Counted from the stretch's first letter, positions 1 through 9,855 are shown. The stretch: 32,000 nt of DNA from Pyrodictium occultum (GCF_001462395.1 NZ_LNTB01000001.1:1110001-1142000), one strand, 5' to 3'. The notes: a model not told the origin generated them from the letters alone. Made by a program: numbers and translations.

Positions 1-16
1 CCAGGGTGTATATGTT

Positions 17-961
17 TTGCCGGGCACTCTCCAGGGGAGGGATCTCCTATCCATACGCGACCTCTCGCGCGAGGAGATCCGCCTAATACTAGACACGGCT
101 AAGCAGCTCAAGCAGCGCTACTATGCCGGCGAGCGTGTGATACCCGTACTCAAGGGTAAGACTATAGCGCTCCTCTTCGAGAAGCCCAGTACGCGAACCC
201 GGGTCAGCATGGAGGTTGCGGCGGTCCAGCTCGGCGCCTACCCGCTGGTGCTCCGGAAGGGCGAGACCCAACTCAGCAGGGGAGAGCCCATCAAGGATAC
301 TGCTAGGGTTCTTTCGCGCTATGTTGACGCTATAGCGGCTAGGGTGTATAGCCACAAGAGCCTAGAGGAGCTGGCAGCATACTCCACAGTCCCAGTGATA
401 AACATGCTGAGTGATCTGGAGCACCCTCTGCAGGCGCTGGCCGACGCGCTCACAATCGAGGAGCGCTTCGGCAGCGTCAAGGGCGTGAAGGTTGCCTATG
501 TGGGTGATGGGCGCAACAACGTTGCCCACAGCCTGCTGCTCGTAGTAGCGAAGCTGGGAGGCCACATAGCTATAGCGTCCCCGCCCGGGCTGCAGCCCCG
601 CAGCGACGTGGTGGAGGCTGCACAGGCCGCCGCGGAGGAGAGCGGGGCAACTATAGAGATCCTCGAGGACCCCAGGGAGGCCGTGCGAGGGGCTGATGTA
701 GTATACACGGACGTATGGGTAAGCATGGGGGAGGAGGGAGAGGCCGAGCAGAGACGCAGGATGCTGAGAGGCTACCAGGTCAACGAGCAGCTCATGTCTC
801 TAGCGTCGAGCAGGGCAGTGTTCATGCACTGCTTGCCAGCCCACCGTGGGGAGGAGGTAACGGAGGAGGTAATAGAGGGCCCCTGGAGCATTGTATGGGA
901 CCAGGCTGAGAATAGGCTGCATGTACAAAAAGCCGTGCTAGCCCTGCTACTCTCCCCCTAG
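17..961 (+). CDS. argF: ornithine carbamoyltransferase
   Basis: 314-aa ORF with the carbamoyl-phosphate site [20 protein letters not shown] and [14 protein letters not shown] indicates OTCase rather than ATCase. The TTG start at 17 is inferred. Confidence 0.9.
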   Translation: MPGTLQGRDLLSIRDLSREEIRLILDTAKQLKQRYYAGERVIPVLKGKTIALLFEKPSTRTRVSMEVAAVQLGAYPLVLRKGETQLSRGEPIKDTARVLSRYVDAIAARVYSHKSLEELAAYSTVPVINMLSDLEHPLQALADALTIEERFGSVKGVKVAYVGDGRNNVAHSLLLVVAKLGGHIAIASPPGLQPRSDVVEAAQAAAEESGATIEILEDPREAVRGADVVYTDVWVSMGEEGEAEQRRRMLRGYQVNEQLMSLASSRAVFMHCLPAHRGEEVTEEVIEGPWSIVWDQAENRLHVQKAVLALLLSP

Positions 962-966
962 CGCCC

Positions 967-1452
967 TCAAGGCCTAACCCGGCGGACTGACACGCCCAGC
1001 TCCTGAGCCGCCTTTTTAGCCTCCTCGGAGAGCCTCGGCCCAGACCCGTAGAGCACAAGCACCGGCGAGGCGTTTATCGACCTAGCCTTCTCCGAGAGAG
1101 CCTCCACAGCCTCGCGCCCGAGGATCTTGGACTCCGCCACCACGTCGACCGCCAGCACGCGGCCCTCCTTCCTGGCAACGAAGGACAGCCTGCCCTTAGC
1201 AGTGTTAAACCACATCCTGACACTGTAGCCTGCCTCAACGTACAGGCCGGCAACCCTGCCCTCTATGCCGTACTTCTCCTCGAGCTTCCTCTTCTGGAAC
1301 ACTATCTCCGCCAGGGTCAAGGCGTCCCTGCACCCCGGAGGAGCCGGCGCCGCGACCAGCCTTTTTATTGCTTCACAGAGAAGCGGGCCCTCCAAGGATG
1401 CCCTGGTGGCCGGCGCGGAGGCCGCCATAGGCATAGCAGGCATGCTATTCAT
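967..1452 (-). CDS. hypothetical protein with a possible restriction-endonuclease-like (PD-(D/E)xK / Mrr_cat-like) fold
   Basis: 161-aa ORF. The segment YVEAGYSV...GRLSFVARKEGRVLAVDVVAESK resembles a nuclease core (E...D...ExK). The start is uncertain, with several Met codons at 1428-1452. Confidence 0.4.
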   Translation of the reverse strand: MNSMPAMPMAASAPATRASLEGPLLCEAIKRLVAAPAPPGCRDALTLAEIVFQKRKLEEKYGIEGRVAGLYVEAGYSVRMWFNTAKGRLSFVARKEGRVLAVDVVAESKILGREAVEALSEKARSINASPVLVLYGSGPRLSEEAKKAAQELGVSVRRVRP

Positions 1453-1669
1453 AATAGCCGGGTGGGCTGCCTCACTCCAGGCTACACCCCCGCTACGGCT
1501 GAGCGTCCTCTACTTCATAGGAAGCCTCCTGCTCACGATCTACGCCTTTGTAATACGCGACCCTATATTCACCCTACTCAACGCCCTCGCCTCCGCACTT
1601 GCATTAGCGAATATAGCTAGAGCCTTGAAGCTGAGGGCGGAGGCAAGCCAGAGGCCGGGGGTGAAGTAG
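1442..1669 (+). CDS. small membrane protein (two predicted TM helices)
   Basis: This is the C-terminal 75 aa of ORF 1265-1669, starting at ATG 1442 (MLFIIAGWAASL...LLLTIYAFVI), and it is hydrophobic. The upstream part of the ORF overlaps the divergent gene and is probably not coding. Confidence 0.35.
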   Translation: MLFIIAGWAASLQATPPLRLSVLYFIGSLLLTIYAFVIRDPIFTLLNALASALALANIARALKLRAEASQRPGVK

Positions 1670-1674
1670 AGACA

Positions 1675-3948
1675 TTGGCCAAAGCAGTCAGGGGCGCCGG
1701 AAAGGCCGAGAGGAGAGAGCCGCTACTCTCAAGGCTGTTCGGGAACCGGGTGTTCCTCGCGGTAGCAGCAGCGTCTATCGTGGCGCTGCTCACCATACTA
1801 GCGTTCTACATCAGGGCGCTGCCATACCAGAACTACAATCTCATCTACCATAGGGCGCTCAGCCTGGGCCCAGGCGACAAGGCCAAGTTCGCGTTTATAG
1901 ACGCCAACGACCCCTGGATAGAGTACTGGCTGGCATCATACCTTAGGAGCCACGGCATAGGGTCCTGGACGAGGCTTACGACGGATAACCCGGATACGCA
2001 CATATTCTGGTATCCATGGGGCAGGGACTTCAGCCACGATGAGTTCCCCTTCATCCCAGTAGTAGGGGCCTTAGCGCCCGGGGGGCTTGACACGGCAAGA
2101 TGGATCTCGCTAATCCCCCCGATCTTCGGCGCGCTAATGGTACCTATAGCGTATATCTACATCAGAAGGTTCTACGGCGAGCTCGCCGGGCTTACAGCCG
2201 CGCTTCTCCTAGCAATACTCCCCGCATCATGCAGCAGGACGTTCGCCGGTTTCGTGGAGAAGACTGGTATAGCTATGCCATTCTTCATAGCCGGGCTAGC
2301 GCTCTACAGCGAGGCTCTACGCCGGCGTAGCCTGCCGGTAGCATTCGCCGCCGGCATAGCTATGGGTTTCATAGGCTTCATCTGGGGAGGCTACGCGATA
2401 GCGGCAATACTCATAGCTATTACCTCGCTCCTTGCCCCCACAGCAGTAGAGTGGAGGCATGCACCGGCTATAGCAAGAGCCGGGGTGGCGGTGGGCATAG
2501 GCTTTCTAGCAATCCTCGCAGTAGCATCAAGGTATGGGCCCGCGTCAATAAAGTATGGTGAAGCCGTACTCCTGGGCACCCTGATACCCTACATAGTGGT
2601 TGAGCTACTTGAAATAGCCGGGCGAAGAAAAGTACATGGAGTAGCATGGAGGAGGCCCGAGGCTATATACAGGATTGTAGCCATTGCACTCCTAGTGCTG
2701 GGAATTGCTGCAGCACCCGCATTAGGGGTGAGAGGTAGAGCCCTATTCGCCATGGCATGGCCTCTCCGTCTCGCCGGCGAGATCCACCTATCAAGGCTGG
2801 CGGAAACCGTGGCAGAGCACTCCTCGCCGCTCATGAGCAGGGGGCTTTTCCTCACATTCGTCCGGGAGGGCAACATAGCAGCCCTACTAGCCCCCGTGGC
2901 TTCACTCTACCTACTCTACCGGTCACTGCGGAGAAGGGAGCCAGAACACCTTCCACTCTCACTGGCAGCGCTAGGGCTCTACTACGCGGTACTGGGCATG
3001 CTCTACTTCCTCCAAGCCTCCTCGGTGGTAGGTATACTCTCGGTGGCAGCGCTTGTGGGCATGCTGGCGCCGTCAGGCCGCAGTGTCCCCAAGCGCCTGG
3101 CGCGCTCCAAGCGCTTGGAGAGGAGTAGTTACGAGCTAAGGCTAGCAGCCACGATTATACTTGTGATCATAGTTCTCGCAGCAGCCGTGGTAGGCGCCAA
3201 GACCGCCTATGCAATGATGAGAAGCCATATAGCAAGCATTACGGGGTACAGCGTCAACGTCCAGCAGTATGACTGGCTCCACATGCTCAAGGAGATAGAG
3301 AACGCTACTTCCAAGGACACCGTGATAGTGGCCTGGTGGGATTACGGGTACTGGATTAGCGTGGGTGCTCACCGTCCAACGCTGGCAGACGGAGCCACTA
3401 CAAACGCCACACAGATAAGACTGCTAGCCGAGTTCTTCACCTCAACGAGTGAAGACGAGGCAGTCAATATACTCAAGGCGCTCCACCTCAAGCCCGGCAA
3501 GACCCTGATATTCGTGCACGACAACGCGCTGTACGATCCTGCAACAGGGTCCCTGGTATACAGTATTGATGCAAGGCTGCCCTCCATAGATATAGCAAAG
3601 TCGTGGGCCATGCTTCATATAGCTGGGAAGGATGAACAAGGCTTCGAAGTAGGCAATAGCAAGTATAGACAGACGCTCATATATAAAATGTTCGCTAGTG
3701 CACCCTACCATTTCGATAAGGTGGGCGAGATATACCCACAAAACCTCATACATGTGAAGGGCAAGCGCATAACTAGCGTAGAGCTGTTTGGAGAGAAAAC
3801 CAGCCCCTACAGCTTCAAGCACTTCAAACCCTACCGAGTAATACTCGGCTTATACATGGATAGCCGGGGGAGGCCGCTAGCCTTCGCTGCAGGCGGCCAC
3901 ACGTACTACTTTGTACAAGTGCTGATACTCTACGAGTGGGCCGGCTAG
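1675..3948 (+). CDS. aglB: archaeal oligosaccharyltransferase, STT3 family
   Basis: 757-aa polytopic membrane protein with the diagnostic WWDYGYWI motif (IVAWWDYGYWISVG) ahead of a soluble C-terminal domain. Confidence 0.9.
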   Translation: MAKAVRGAGKAERREPLLSRLFGNRVFLAVAAASIVALLTILAFYIRALPYQNYNLIYHRALSLGPGDKAKFAFIDANDPWIEYWLASYLRSHGIGSWTRLTTDNPDTHIFWYPWGRDFSHDEFPFIPVVGALAPGGLDTARWISLIPPIFGALMVPIAYIYIRRFYGELAGLTAALLLAILPASCSRTFAGFVEKTGIAMPFFIAGLALYSEALRRRSLPVAFAAGIAMGFIGFIWGGYAIAAILIAITSLLAPTAVEWRHAPAIARAGVAVGIGFLAILAVASRYGPASIKYGEAVLLGTLIPYIVVELLEIAGRRKVHGVAWRRPEAIYRIVAIALLVLGIAAAPALGVRGRALFAMAWPLRLAGEIHLSRLAETVAEHSSPLMSRGLFLTFVREGNIAALLAPVASLYLLYRSLRRREPEHLPLSLAALGLYYAVLGMLYFLQASSVVGILSVAALVGMLAPSGRSVPKRLARSKRLERSSYELRLAATIILVIIVLAAAVVGAKTAYAMMRSHIASITGYSVNVQQYDWLHMLKEIENATSKDTVIVAWWDYGYWISVGAHRPTLADGATTNATQIRLLAEFFTSTSEDEAVNILKALHLKPGKTLIFVHDNALYDPATGSLVYSIDARLPSIDIAKSWAMLHIAGKDEQGFEVGNSKYRQTLIYKMFASAPYHFDKVGEIYPQNLIHVKGKRITSVELFGEKTSPYSFKHFKPYRVILGLYMDSRGRPLAFAAGGHTYYFVQVLILYEWAG

Positions 3949-3958
3949 TGCCCCAGGG

Positions 3959-3970
3959 CTTTTCTTTCCC
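3959..3970 (+). terminator. T-rich tract downstream of aglB (possible archaeal terminator)
   Basis: The sequence cttttctttccc begins 11 nt after the aglB stop codon. Confidence 0.3.
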
Positions 3971-4069
3971 ACACATACGCCTTCAACCCACGCGATGGAG
4001 GCGCTGGGCTAAGAAGCCCGGAAGGGGCCCGAAGAGTGCACTTAGGGCTGCCTGGGGGCTCGAAGCATC

Positions 4070-4555
4070 ATGCTGTTCAGGCGGCGTAAATCCTCCTCTC
4101 CGAGGATAAAGCTTCTCGAGCTCGCTGTCGCCACGCGCTACGCAGTATCCAGGCTTGGGCTGCTAGCCGCCAGGCTCAGGAGTAGCTATGAGAGGACCCA
4201 CGACAGGTCCCTCCTTACTATGCTGCGTAGCATTCTCCGCCTGCAGGCGGTGCTGGAGGTTCTCTCAGTCCGGCTGGAGACTATGGCTGATATAGGTGCT
4301 TTCAGCGCAGAAGATCTCTCCATAATACGGCGGGTTATCGGCGAGGCTAGGCAAGCCTACGGGATGGTGGCCCCCGGGGTTGCTAGCATGCTTAGCGACC
4401 TCGAGAACATGGTGTCCTCGATAGCCTCTATTACTGGCATGGAGCTCCCGCTAGCGGAGAGCCCCACTGTAAATGAGCATGTGAAGAGGATAATGGAGGA
4501 GGCCGCGGTAGTCGCCGAACAGAGGCTCTCCGAGATTGTCGAGAAGCCGGCGTAA
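4070..4555 (+). CDS. all-helical protein, possibly ESCRT-III/Snf7 (CdvB-like) family
   Basis: 161 aa with a basic N-terminus, long amphipathic heptad-like helices, and an acidic C-terminal helix (KRIMEEAAVVAEQRLSEIVEK). The family assignment rests on overall pattern only. Confidence 0.4.
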   Translation: MLFRRRKSSSPRIKLLELAVATRYAVSRLGLLAARLRSSYERTHDRSLLTMLRSILRLQAVLEVLSVRLETMADIGAFSAEDLSIIRRVIGEARQAYGMVAPGVASMLSDLENMVSSIASITGMELPLAESPTVNEHVKRIMEEAAVVAEQRLSEIVEKPA

Positions 4556-4590
4556 CTCCCCAGGGACTGGAGCCTGTTATTAGGGTTGTA

Positions 4591-4947
4591 GTGCATGCTC
4601 CCGGTACTGGGATAGCCCACGCCTTGTACGTAGAGGACACGGTCAGGAAGCGTATTATAAGGCTGCTCATGGAGAGCCGTGGGCCTCTCACCGCCAGGGA
4701 GATAGCGGAGCTTGTAGGCCTGGACCCAGTCACGGGGGAGCGTGAGGTATACGAGCATCTAAGGCATATCGCCAAGACCCTCCGCCGCGCCTATGGCGGC
4801 AGGGCTGTGCTCTACATGATTCCTCCTAGGTGCAGGGACTGCGGCTACGTGTTCCGGGACCTGAGAGAGCCCAGGAAGCCTAGCCGCTGTCCTAGGTGCA
4901 GGAGCCAGCGCATAGAGCCGCCAAGGTTCTATATAGAGGTGGACTGA
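4591..4947 (+). CDS. transcriptional regulator, winged HTH fused to a C-terminal zinc ribbon
   Basis: The HTH is RIIRLLMESRGPLTAREIAELVG. The zinc ribbon is CRDCGYVF...(x)...CPRCRS (CxxC...CxxC). This is the conserved archaeal HTH plus Zn-ribbon architecture. Confidence 0.7.
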   Translation: MHAPGTGIAHALYVEDTVRKRIIRLLMESRGPLTAREIAELVGLDPVTGEREVYEHLRHIAKTLRRAYGGRAVLYMIPPRCRDCGYVFRDLREPRKPSRCPRCRSQRIEPPRFYIEVD

Positions 4948-4975
4948 TGGCTGTGAATCCCCCGGGGGCCCTGCC

Positions 4976-5221
4976 GTGGCAGTGACCGTGGTCTTCCATC
5001 TACGCGCTGAGAGGAAGGTTAAACGCGTGGTCTACGATGATCACGGTAGAAGGGTGTCCGAAGACGTGTTTGACGGCATTAAGACAGTTGTCATAGACGG
5101 TTCCAGGGCTAGGCTGCCCGCGGGAATCCACGGAGGCATAGCAGTGTACGTGATCGATGGCGAGACAAAGGCTTCTAAGCAGGGAGCACTGCTTGTAATA
5201 GCCCCGGCTTACAGGGGATGA
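4976..5221 (+). CDS. hypothetical protein
   Basis: 81-aa ORF with a GTG start and a beta-rich composition, co-directional with neighbours. No motif recognised. Confidence 0.35.
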   Translation: MAVTVVFHLRAERKVKRVVYDDHGRRVSEDVFDGIKTVVIDGSRARLPAGIHGGIAVYVIDGETKASKQGALLVIAPAYRG

Positions 5222-5225
5222 AACC

Positions 5226-5633
5226 TTGCTTAATGTCAGGATGGAGAGGAGCAAGAGCCGTAGCGGTAAGCATGCTGCTAGGAGCCTCGCCCTCCTGGTA
5301 TCAGAGGACGGCCAGATAGTAGAGCCGAGGCCCCGCATGGTGAGGGAGGAGAGGCCGCTCTACAGTAGGGGCTCGGCCTACATAGCCTCGGTGGCTGTGC
5401 CGCCTGGCTGGTACCTCGTCTACATCTACCTCGTGAAGAACCTAAGGGGCCACGTGAAGGGCTACATAGAGGTCTACTCCCATGACGCCCAGCTCTTATA
5501 CCGCGCGGTGTACCGCCGGCTCAAACTCCGGTACAGCCGGGGCGACCCACGCTACGCCTGGATAGTGCAGGGGGTGGTCGACTACCTACGGCTTCCCGTC
5601 AAGAACATGAATCTAGGCGGCGAGGCATCTTAA
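5226..5633 (+). CDS. hypothetical protein
   Basis: 135-aa ORF starting 5 nt after the previous stop. No motif recognised. Confidence 0.4.
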   Translation: MLNVRMERSKSRSGKHAARSLALLVSEDGQIVEPRPRMVREERPLYSRGSAYIASVAVPPGWYLVYIYLVKNLRGHVKGYIEVYSHDAQLLYRAVYRRLKLRYSRGDPRYAWIVQGVVDYLRLPVKNMNLGGEAS

Positions 5634-5742
5634 CGCCCCTGGAACCCTGTAGATGACGCGCGGCCGATGACCGGGGCCTCAGGCTAACCCCAGATAGGGC
5701 TCTAGGGGGATGTAGACTTCACGGACCGGGGGAGGCCGCTCC

Positions 5743-6057
5743 TTGGCTTACGTGCGTAGAAGGCTTGTGGAGAGGAAGCTTAAGGAGATGCTTCTGCGCA
5801 GGGCCCGCGAGGCGGGCATGGAGCCAGCACAGCTTGCCAGCTGGCTCTACGAGGCAGCCGGCATACGCGCCCAGCCCAGCTGGAGGGATCTCGAACGGAA
5901 GATCCTCTACAACGACGATGTAACAGCTCAGGAGCTTGCAGCGTACCTACTCTCCGAGGGCATTAAGGTAGATGAGAAGGAGTGGATAAGAGTAGTTAAG
6001 AGCCATAGCGTCGGCATCGAGGTTCCAAGGCTCCCCTCAGGGGAGGAGGATGTGTAG
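5743..6057 (+). CDS. hypothetical protein
   Basis: 104-aa ORF whose 3' end overlaps the next gene's start by 8 nt, a typical operon junction. Confidence 0.45.
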   Translation: MAYVRRRLVERKLKEMLLRRAREAGMEPAQLASWLYEAAGIRAQPSWRDLERKILYNDDVTAQELAAYLLSEGIKVDEKEWIRVVKSHSVGIEVPRLPSGEEDV

Positions 6058-6634
6058 AGAGGCTAGGGAGCTGTCCGCGAGCCTAAGCAGCTGGGACCCA
6101 CAGACACTCCTGGATGCGCTGTCGGCGCTCCTCCTTATAGCTGACGAGGAGCCCATAGGGAGGCCTAGTATATCACGTATACTAGGTATCGGCGACAAAC
6201 GCGCTAGAAACATTGTAGCGAAGCTGAGAGAAGCTGGGCTCGTCGATGTGAGCCGGGCTGGGGCTCGGCTGACGGGGGAGGCCTGGAGGCTGCTCCGGGG
6301 CATCCGGTGTCTATGGAGGAATGGCTTCACCATAGCTGTAGTCCCCTGTAGCGACGTTAGCCGCGAGCATGTAGAGAGGTCTGTAATCCCCTTAAGGGAT
6401 GCAATAGTGATAACGCTCTCCGAGCCCCGCATCCTCGACGTCGTAGGCTGGGTGGACGAGAAGGGCCTCCTACTGCCAAGGCTTGAGGGGGAGTTGGCTG
6501 AACACTACCGGAGGCTAATAGGGGGGCTCCGGTGCGGCGAGGCCCCGCGCTGCCTCATAGGGGTTTTTCACGGCAGCGCCGCTCCCTGCTACCGCTGCTG
6601 CGCGAGCCTGCTGCACGCGGCCTCGACGCTGTAG
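6050..6634 (+). CDS. putative winged-helix DNA-binding protein
   Basis: The segment PIGRPSISRILGIGDKRARNIVAKLREAGLV looks like an HTH plus wing, followed by a roughly 100-aa C-terminal domain. The gene converges on and overlaps the NMNAT gene by 46 nt. Confidence 0.45.
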   Translation: MCREARELSASLSSWDPQTLLDALSALLLIADEEPIGRPSISRILGIGDKRARNIVAKLREAGLVDVSRAGARLTGEAWRLLRGIRCLWRNGFTIAVVPCSDVSREHVERSVIPLRDAIVITLSEPRILDVVGWVDEKGLLLPRLEGELAEHYRRLIGGLRCGEAPRCLIGVFHGSAAPCYRCCASLLHAASTL

Positions 6635-7179
6635 AGGTTGTCGCGTACTATATCCTGCAGCCTACTAACACCGTCAATACTGTCTATGATATCCGGGACG
6701 GGCTCGGGTACAAGCCTCCTCCACGACTCGTCGCCCCGAAGCATTAGGCAGCGGATGTATTCTCCGCACCAGACATGCCGGTTCACAAGAGGCGGAGCTA
6801 TAGCCTTCACGCCCGCGTCGCGAAACGCCCTATTAACAGCCGGGTTAGCCGTAGCCACCGCGTCCACAGGCGGCACGTATCCTAAGACGAAGCCGGCGTT
6901 ACCACTATACACTGTTAGCGTCTGTATAGTGGCGGTGATTATCCTGCCTAGGTCCACCCCGGCTCTACGCAGCGCCTCCCGTATCATAAGCAGCCTCTCC
7001 CCCGCCGTGAAGGGGTTGCGCCAGGTATGACTCTCATCAGCCATGCCCACAAGCACGACCACCTCGTCGTAGCGTTCAAGCAGCCAGTTTACCGCGGCCA
7101 GGTGGCCGCGGTGGAATGGCTGGAATCTCCCGAAGAACAGCACGCGCCTACCCTTCCCGATAACGTCGCCACCGGCCAT
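6589..7179 (-). CDS. nadM: nicotinamide-nucleotide adenylyltransferase (archaeal NMNAT)
   Basis: Contains GRFQPFHRGHL (the nucleotidyltransferase (H/T)xGH motif) and matches the rest of the archaeal NMNAT pattern. The start is trimmed to ATG 7179 (MAGGDVIGKGRRVLFFGRFQPFH). The ORF-track extension to 7458 is low-complexity and overlaps the divergent gene. Confidence 0.85.
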   Translation of the reverse strand: MAGGDVIGKGRRVLFFGRFQPFHRGHLAAVNWLLERYDEVVVLVGMADESHTWRNPFTAGERLLMIREALRRAGVDLGRIITATIQTLTVYSGNAGFVLGYVPPVDAVATANPAVNRAFRDAGVKAIAPPLVNRHVWCGEYIRCLMLRGDESWRRLVPEPVPDIIDSIDGVSRLQDIVRDNLYSVEAACSRLAQQR

Positions 7180-7219
7180 AAACAGCCCCCTATGAGTATC
7201 TCTGGCCCCGCAAGAAAGC

Positions 7220-8386
7220 ATGGGGCGCCAAGCTCCAGGGTGGCGGCCGGTGAGGCGTAAGCTGTGCTTTGTAGTTAACCCCCTGGCAGGCATAGGCGGG
7301 CCACTAGCCCTCAAGGGCAGCGACGGCGAGGCCGGTATAGCCGCCCTGAAGCGCGGAGCCCAGCTGGTCTCCCCCGGGAAGGCTGTAAGGTTCCTCTCCA
7401 GGCTACGCTTCCTCGGGCTCAGCGAGAGGCTCGAGATTATCACCGCCGGAGGCCTCATGGGGGAGGAGGAGGCCAGGGAAGCCGGCGTAAAGGCTAGAAC
7501 GGTTTACCAGCCGGGAGACTGGCCCACGAGCCGCAGGGACACCGTGGAGACTGTGAAGCGGTGCCTGAGGGAGGGTGCGGAGATAGTAGTGTTCACCGGG
7601 GGAGACGGGACTGCGAGAGACGTGCTGGACGCTCTAGGCGACGCCGTGGAGAGGGTTCCTGTTCTCGGCGTACCAGCGGGAGTCAAGATGTACAGCTCGG
7701 TGTACGCCGAGAACCCTGAAGCCGCCGCGGATGTGCTCCGGGACTGGCTGGCGAGAAGGAGCCTCTGCGACGCCGAGGTGCTCGACATAGACGAGGATGC
7801 CTTCCGCCGCGGCGAGCTGAGGACCAGGCTCTACGGCATAGCGAAGACCCCCTGCAGCCCCAGGATGGTGGGGGCCAGTAAGCAGCCCTCCCAGAGCACA
7901 CCCGAGGAGGAGGAGAACAAGAGGGCCATAGCCAGGTACCTGGCCGAGAGCATGGAGCCCTGCACGCTCTACATACTCGGCCCCGGCTCCACGGTCAAGG
8001 CGCTGGCCGACGAGATAGGTGTAGAGAAGACTCTCCTGGGGGTGGACGTGGTGCACAACCAGAGGCTCCTCGCCCGCGACGTCGACGAGGAAGCCCTCTA
8101 CCGGCTGGTGGAGAAGCATATCGAGAAGGGGGGCAGGGTGAAGCTCATAGTTACGCCGATAGGCGGGCAGGGCTACATACTTGGCAGGGGGAACCAGCAG
8201 ATATCGCCCCGGATACTGAGGCTGGTAGGCAAGGACGGGTTGATCGTTGTAGCTACGAGGGGCAAGATGCAGAGGCTGAGAAAGCTTAGAGTGGACACCG
8301 GGGACCCCGAGGTTGATGCCGCGCTGCGTGGATACGTCAGAGTAGTTATAGACTACGGAGAGGAGCTTGTGGCACGCGTAGAGTGA
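7220..8386 (+). CDS. ATP-NAD kinase-like protein (diacylglycerol/NAD kinase fold, AcoX-like)
   Basis: 388 aa with FVVNPLAGIGGPLALKGSDG, VVFTGGDGTARDV and VLGVPAGVKMYSS, which is typical of the predicted polyphosphate/ATP NAD kinase family. Confidence 0.65.
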   Translation: MGRQAPGWRPVRRKLCFVVNPLAGIGGPLALKGSDGEAGIAALKRGAQLVSPGKAVRFLSRLRFLGLSERLEIITAGGLMGEEEAREAGVKARTVYQPGDWPTSRRDTVETVKRCLREGAEIVVFTGGDGTARDVLDALGDAVERVPVLGVPAGVKMYSSVYAENPEAAADVLRDWLARRSLCDAEVLDIDEDAFRRGELRTRLYGIAKTPCSPRMVGASKQPSQSTPEEEENKRAIARYLAESMEPCTLYILGPGSTVKALADEIGVEKTLLGVDVVHNQRLLARDVDEEALYRLVEKHIEKGGRVKLIVTPIGGQGYILGRGNQQISPRILRLVGKDGLIVVATRGKMQRLRKLRVDTGDPEVDAALRGYVRVVIDYGEELVARVE

Positions 8387-8389
8387 GAA

Positions 8390-9031
8390 GTGTTCCCCGG
8401 GCGCACTCCCCGGCGGGGTGTAGGTTGGATGGCGCTAACCGTGAGGGATAGGCCCATATATACTGATGAGTGGAAGGCCCTGCTTGTGGCAGTGTTCTCA
8501 GTAGCCTTCGGGTTCGCGGGGATAGGGCTGCTCAACGTAGCGTACCACCCCCTGGGCTTCAGCGGCGGAGTGCTGGCCGGGGCGCTAGTAGGCTTCCTAG
8601 CCCATGAGCTCGCTCACCGGGAGACCGCGCGCCGGCAGGGCTGCATAGCCGGCTTCGTGCTGTCCCAGTTCGGGCTAGCGCTTACGCTCGCCTCCGGCGT
8701 GCTTAGAAGCATAGGGGTGCCCTTCGCGATACTCTCTCCAGGCTACGTGTCGATATACTGTAGCGGCTTCGCGCGCGACGACTACGTGGCCGCTGCAGGC
8801 CCCGCCGCGAACGTGGCCCTCGCCGCTGCCGCCTGGATCGCGGCAAGGCTGGCCGGCTACACCTGGGCCTACCCCTTCCTCGTAGGCTTTGCTGCTATGA
8901 ACGCGTGGCTGGCGTTCTTCAACCTGCTACCCTTCAGCCCGCTTGATGGCTCAAAGATCGTGCAGAGGAGCCCGCTGGCCTGGCTAGTACTCATAGCTCT
9001 GGCAAGCGTGTTCGCGTTCACAAATCCCTAG
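8390..9031 (+). CDS. membrane zinc metalloprotease, M50 (site-2 protease) family
   Basis: HELAH (HExxH) lies in a TM helix, with NLLPFSPLDGSKI (the NxxPxxxxDG motif) downstream, in a polytopic membrane protein. Confidence 0.75.
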   Translation: MFPGRTPRRGVGWMALTVRDRPIYTDEWKALLVAVFSVAFGFAGIGLLNVAYHPLGFSGGVLAGALVGFLAHELAHRETARRQGCIAGFVLSQFGLALTLASGVLRSIGVPFAILSPGYVSIYCSGFARDDYVAAAGPAANVALAAAAWIAARLAGYTWAYPFLVGFAAMNAWLAFFNLLPFSPLDGSKIVQRSPLAWLVLIALASVFAFTNP

Positions 9032-9756
9032 CTCTCCGCCAGCGTGTAGTAGGCTCTCTTCCTCCTCCTGCCCCTGCTCTGCAGCTTAACCACTCTTATC
9101 CCGGGTATCTCGCACGTGTTTCTCACGTGGGGCCCGCCGTCAGCCTGTATGTCTATGCCCGGGATCTCGACTATTCTAAGCTTCTCTACGTCCGGCGGCA
9201 TCTTATCAGCCAGCTTCACTATACCGGGTATCCTCATCGCCTCCTCGCGGGGGAGCCAGTAGATCTTCACCTCTATACAGCGCTTCAGAATCCTGTTAGT
9301 CTCCTCCACGGCCTCCATTATAGCATTCTTCCAGTCGTCAACGGCTATCTCGAAATCGTCGCGGGCCATATCCGGGGCTATATGGCCCCCGGTCACCCGG
9401 GCACCATACCGCTCGTAGAGCACAGCCGCCAGTACATGGCTAGCCGTGTGGAGCTGCATCATCCTGTAGCGCCGCTCCCAGTCGATAACGCCGTGCACCC
9501 TCATCCCGGGCTGCAGCCTCTCCGCACCCTCCTCCACTATGTGCGCCACTTCATCGCCCTCAGCAAGGGTGTCCACCACACGGAGCGTGGTGCCGTCTGG
9601 GAGCACTAGCTTGCCCGTATCAGCGTCGAGGCCGCCGCTTGGCCTGGGGTGGAAGGCTGTAGCGTCGAGGTACACCCTGTTCCCGTCGACACGGGTAACC
9701 GTGGCGTCGAACTCCTTTAGGTAGCTATCCTCCTGGAAGAGCAGCCTGGTCGCCAT
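9028..9756 (-). CDS. alaX: alanyl-tRNA editing protein AlaX (AlaRS editing/SAD domain)
   Basis: Contains MQLHTASHVL (HxxxH) and DGGPHVRNT. The start is trimmed to ATG 9756 (MATRLLFQEDSYLKEFDATV). The upstream ORF-track extension is Gly/Pro/Ala-rich. Confidence 0.85.
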   Translation of the reverse strand: MATRLLFQEDSYLKEFDATVTRVDGNRVYLDATAFHPRPSGGLDADTGKLVLPDGTTLRVVDTLAEGDEVAHIVEEGAERLQPGMRVHGVIDWERRYRMMQLHTASHVLAAVLYERYGARVTGGHIAPDMARDDFEIAVDDWKNAIMEAVEETNRILKRCIEVKIYWLPREEAMRIPGIVKLADKMPPDVEKLRIVEIPGIDIQADGGPHVRNTCEIPGIRVVKLQSRGRRRKRAYYTLAES

Positions 9757-9855
9757 AGAGCCGGCACCTCCCGGGCGCGCTCTCTGCACAGGGCCTGGGG
9801 TGGGGGAGAGCGCCCCAGCCCCCGCCCTAATAGAGTGCCCCTGCACCCGGGGGTG

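Noticed and set aside
6589-6634. The 46-nt convergent overlap between the wHTH gene (6050-6634) and the NMNAT gene as a regulatory antisense arrangement.
   Set aside because: Both ends are non-conserved-looking tails, and such overlaps are common in compact archaeal genomes. Nothing in the sequence suggests a specific function.
7180-7458. N-terminal 93-aa extension of the NMNAT ORF. Similar extensions occur at 9757-9846 (AlaX), 10564-10803 (two-wH gene), 21166-21240 (Nre) and 14590-14637 (endonuclease candidate).
   Set aside because: The extensions are low-complexity, overlap divergent genes or promoter-like AT tracts, and the conserved N-termini begin at internal Met codons.
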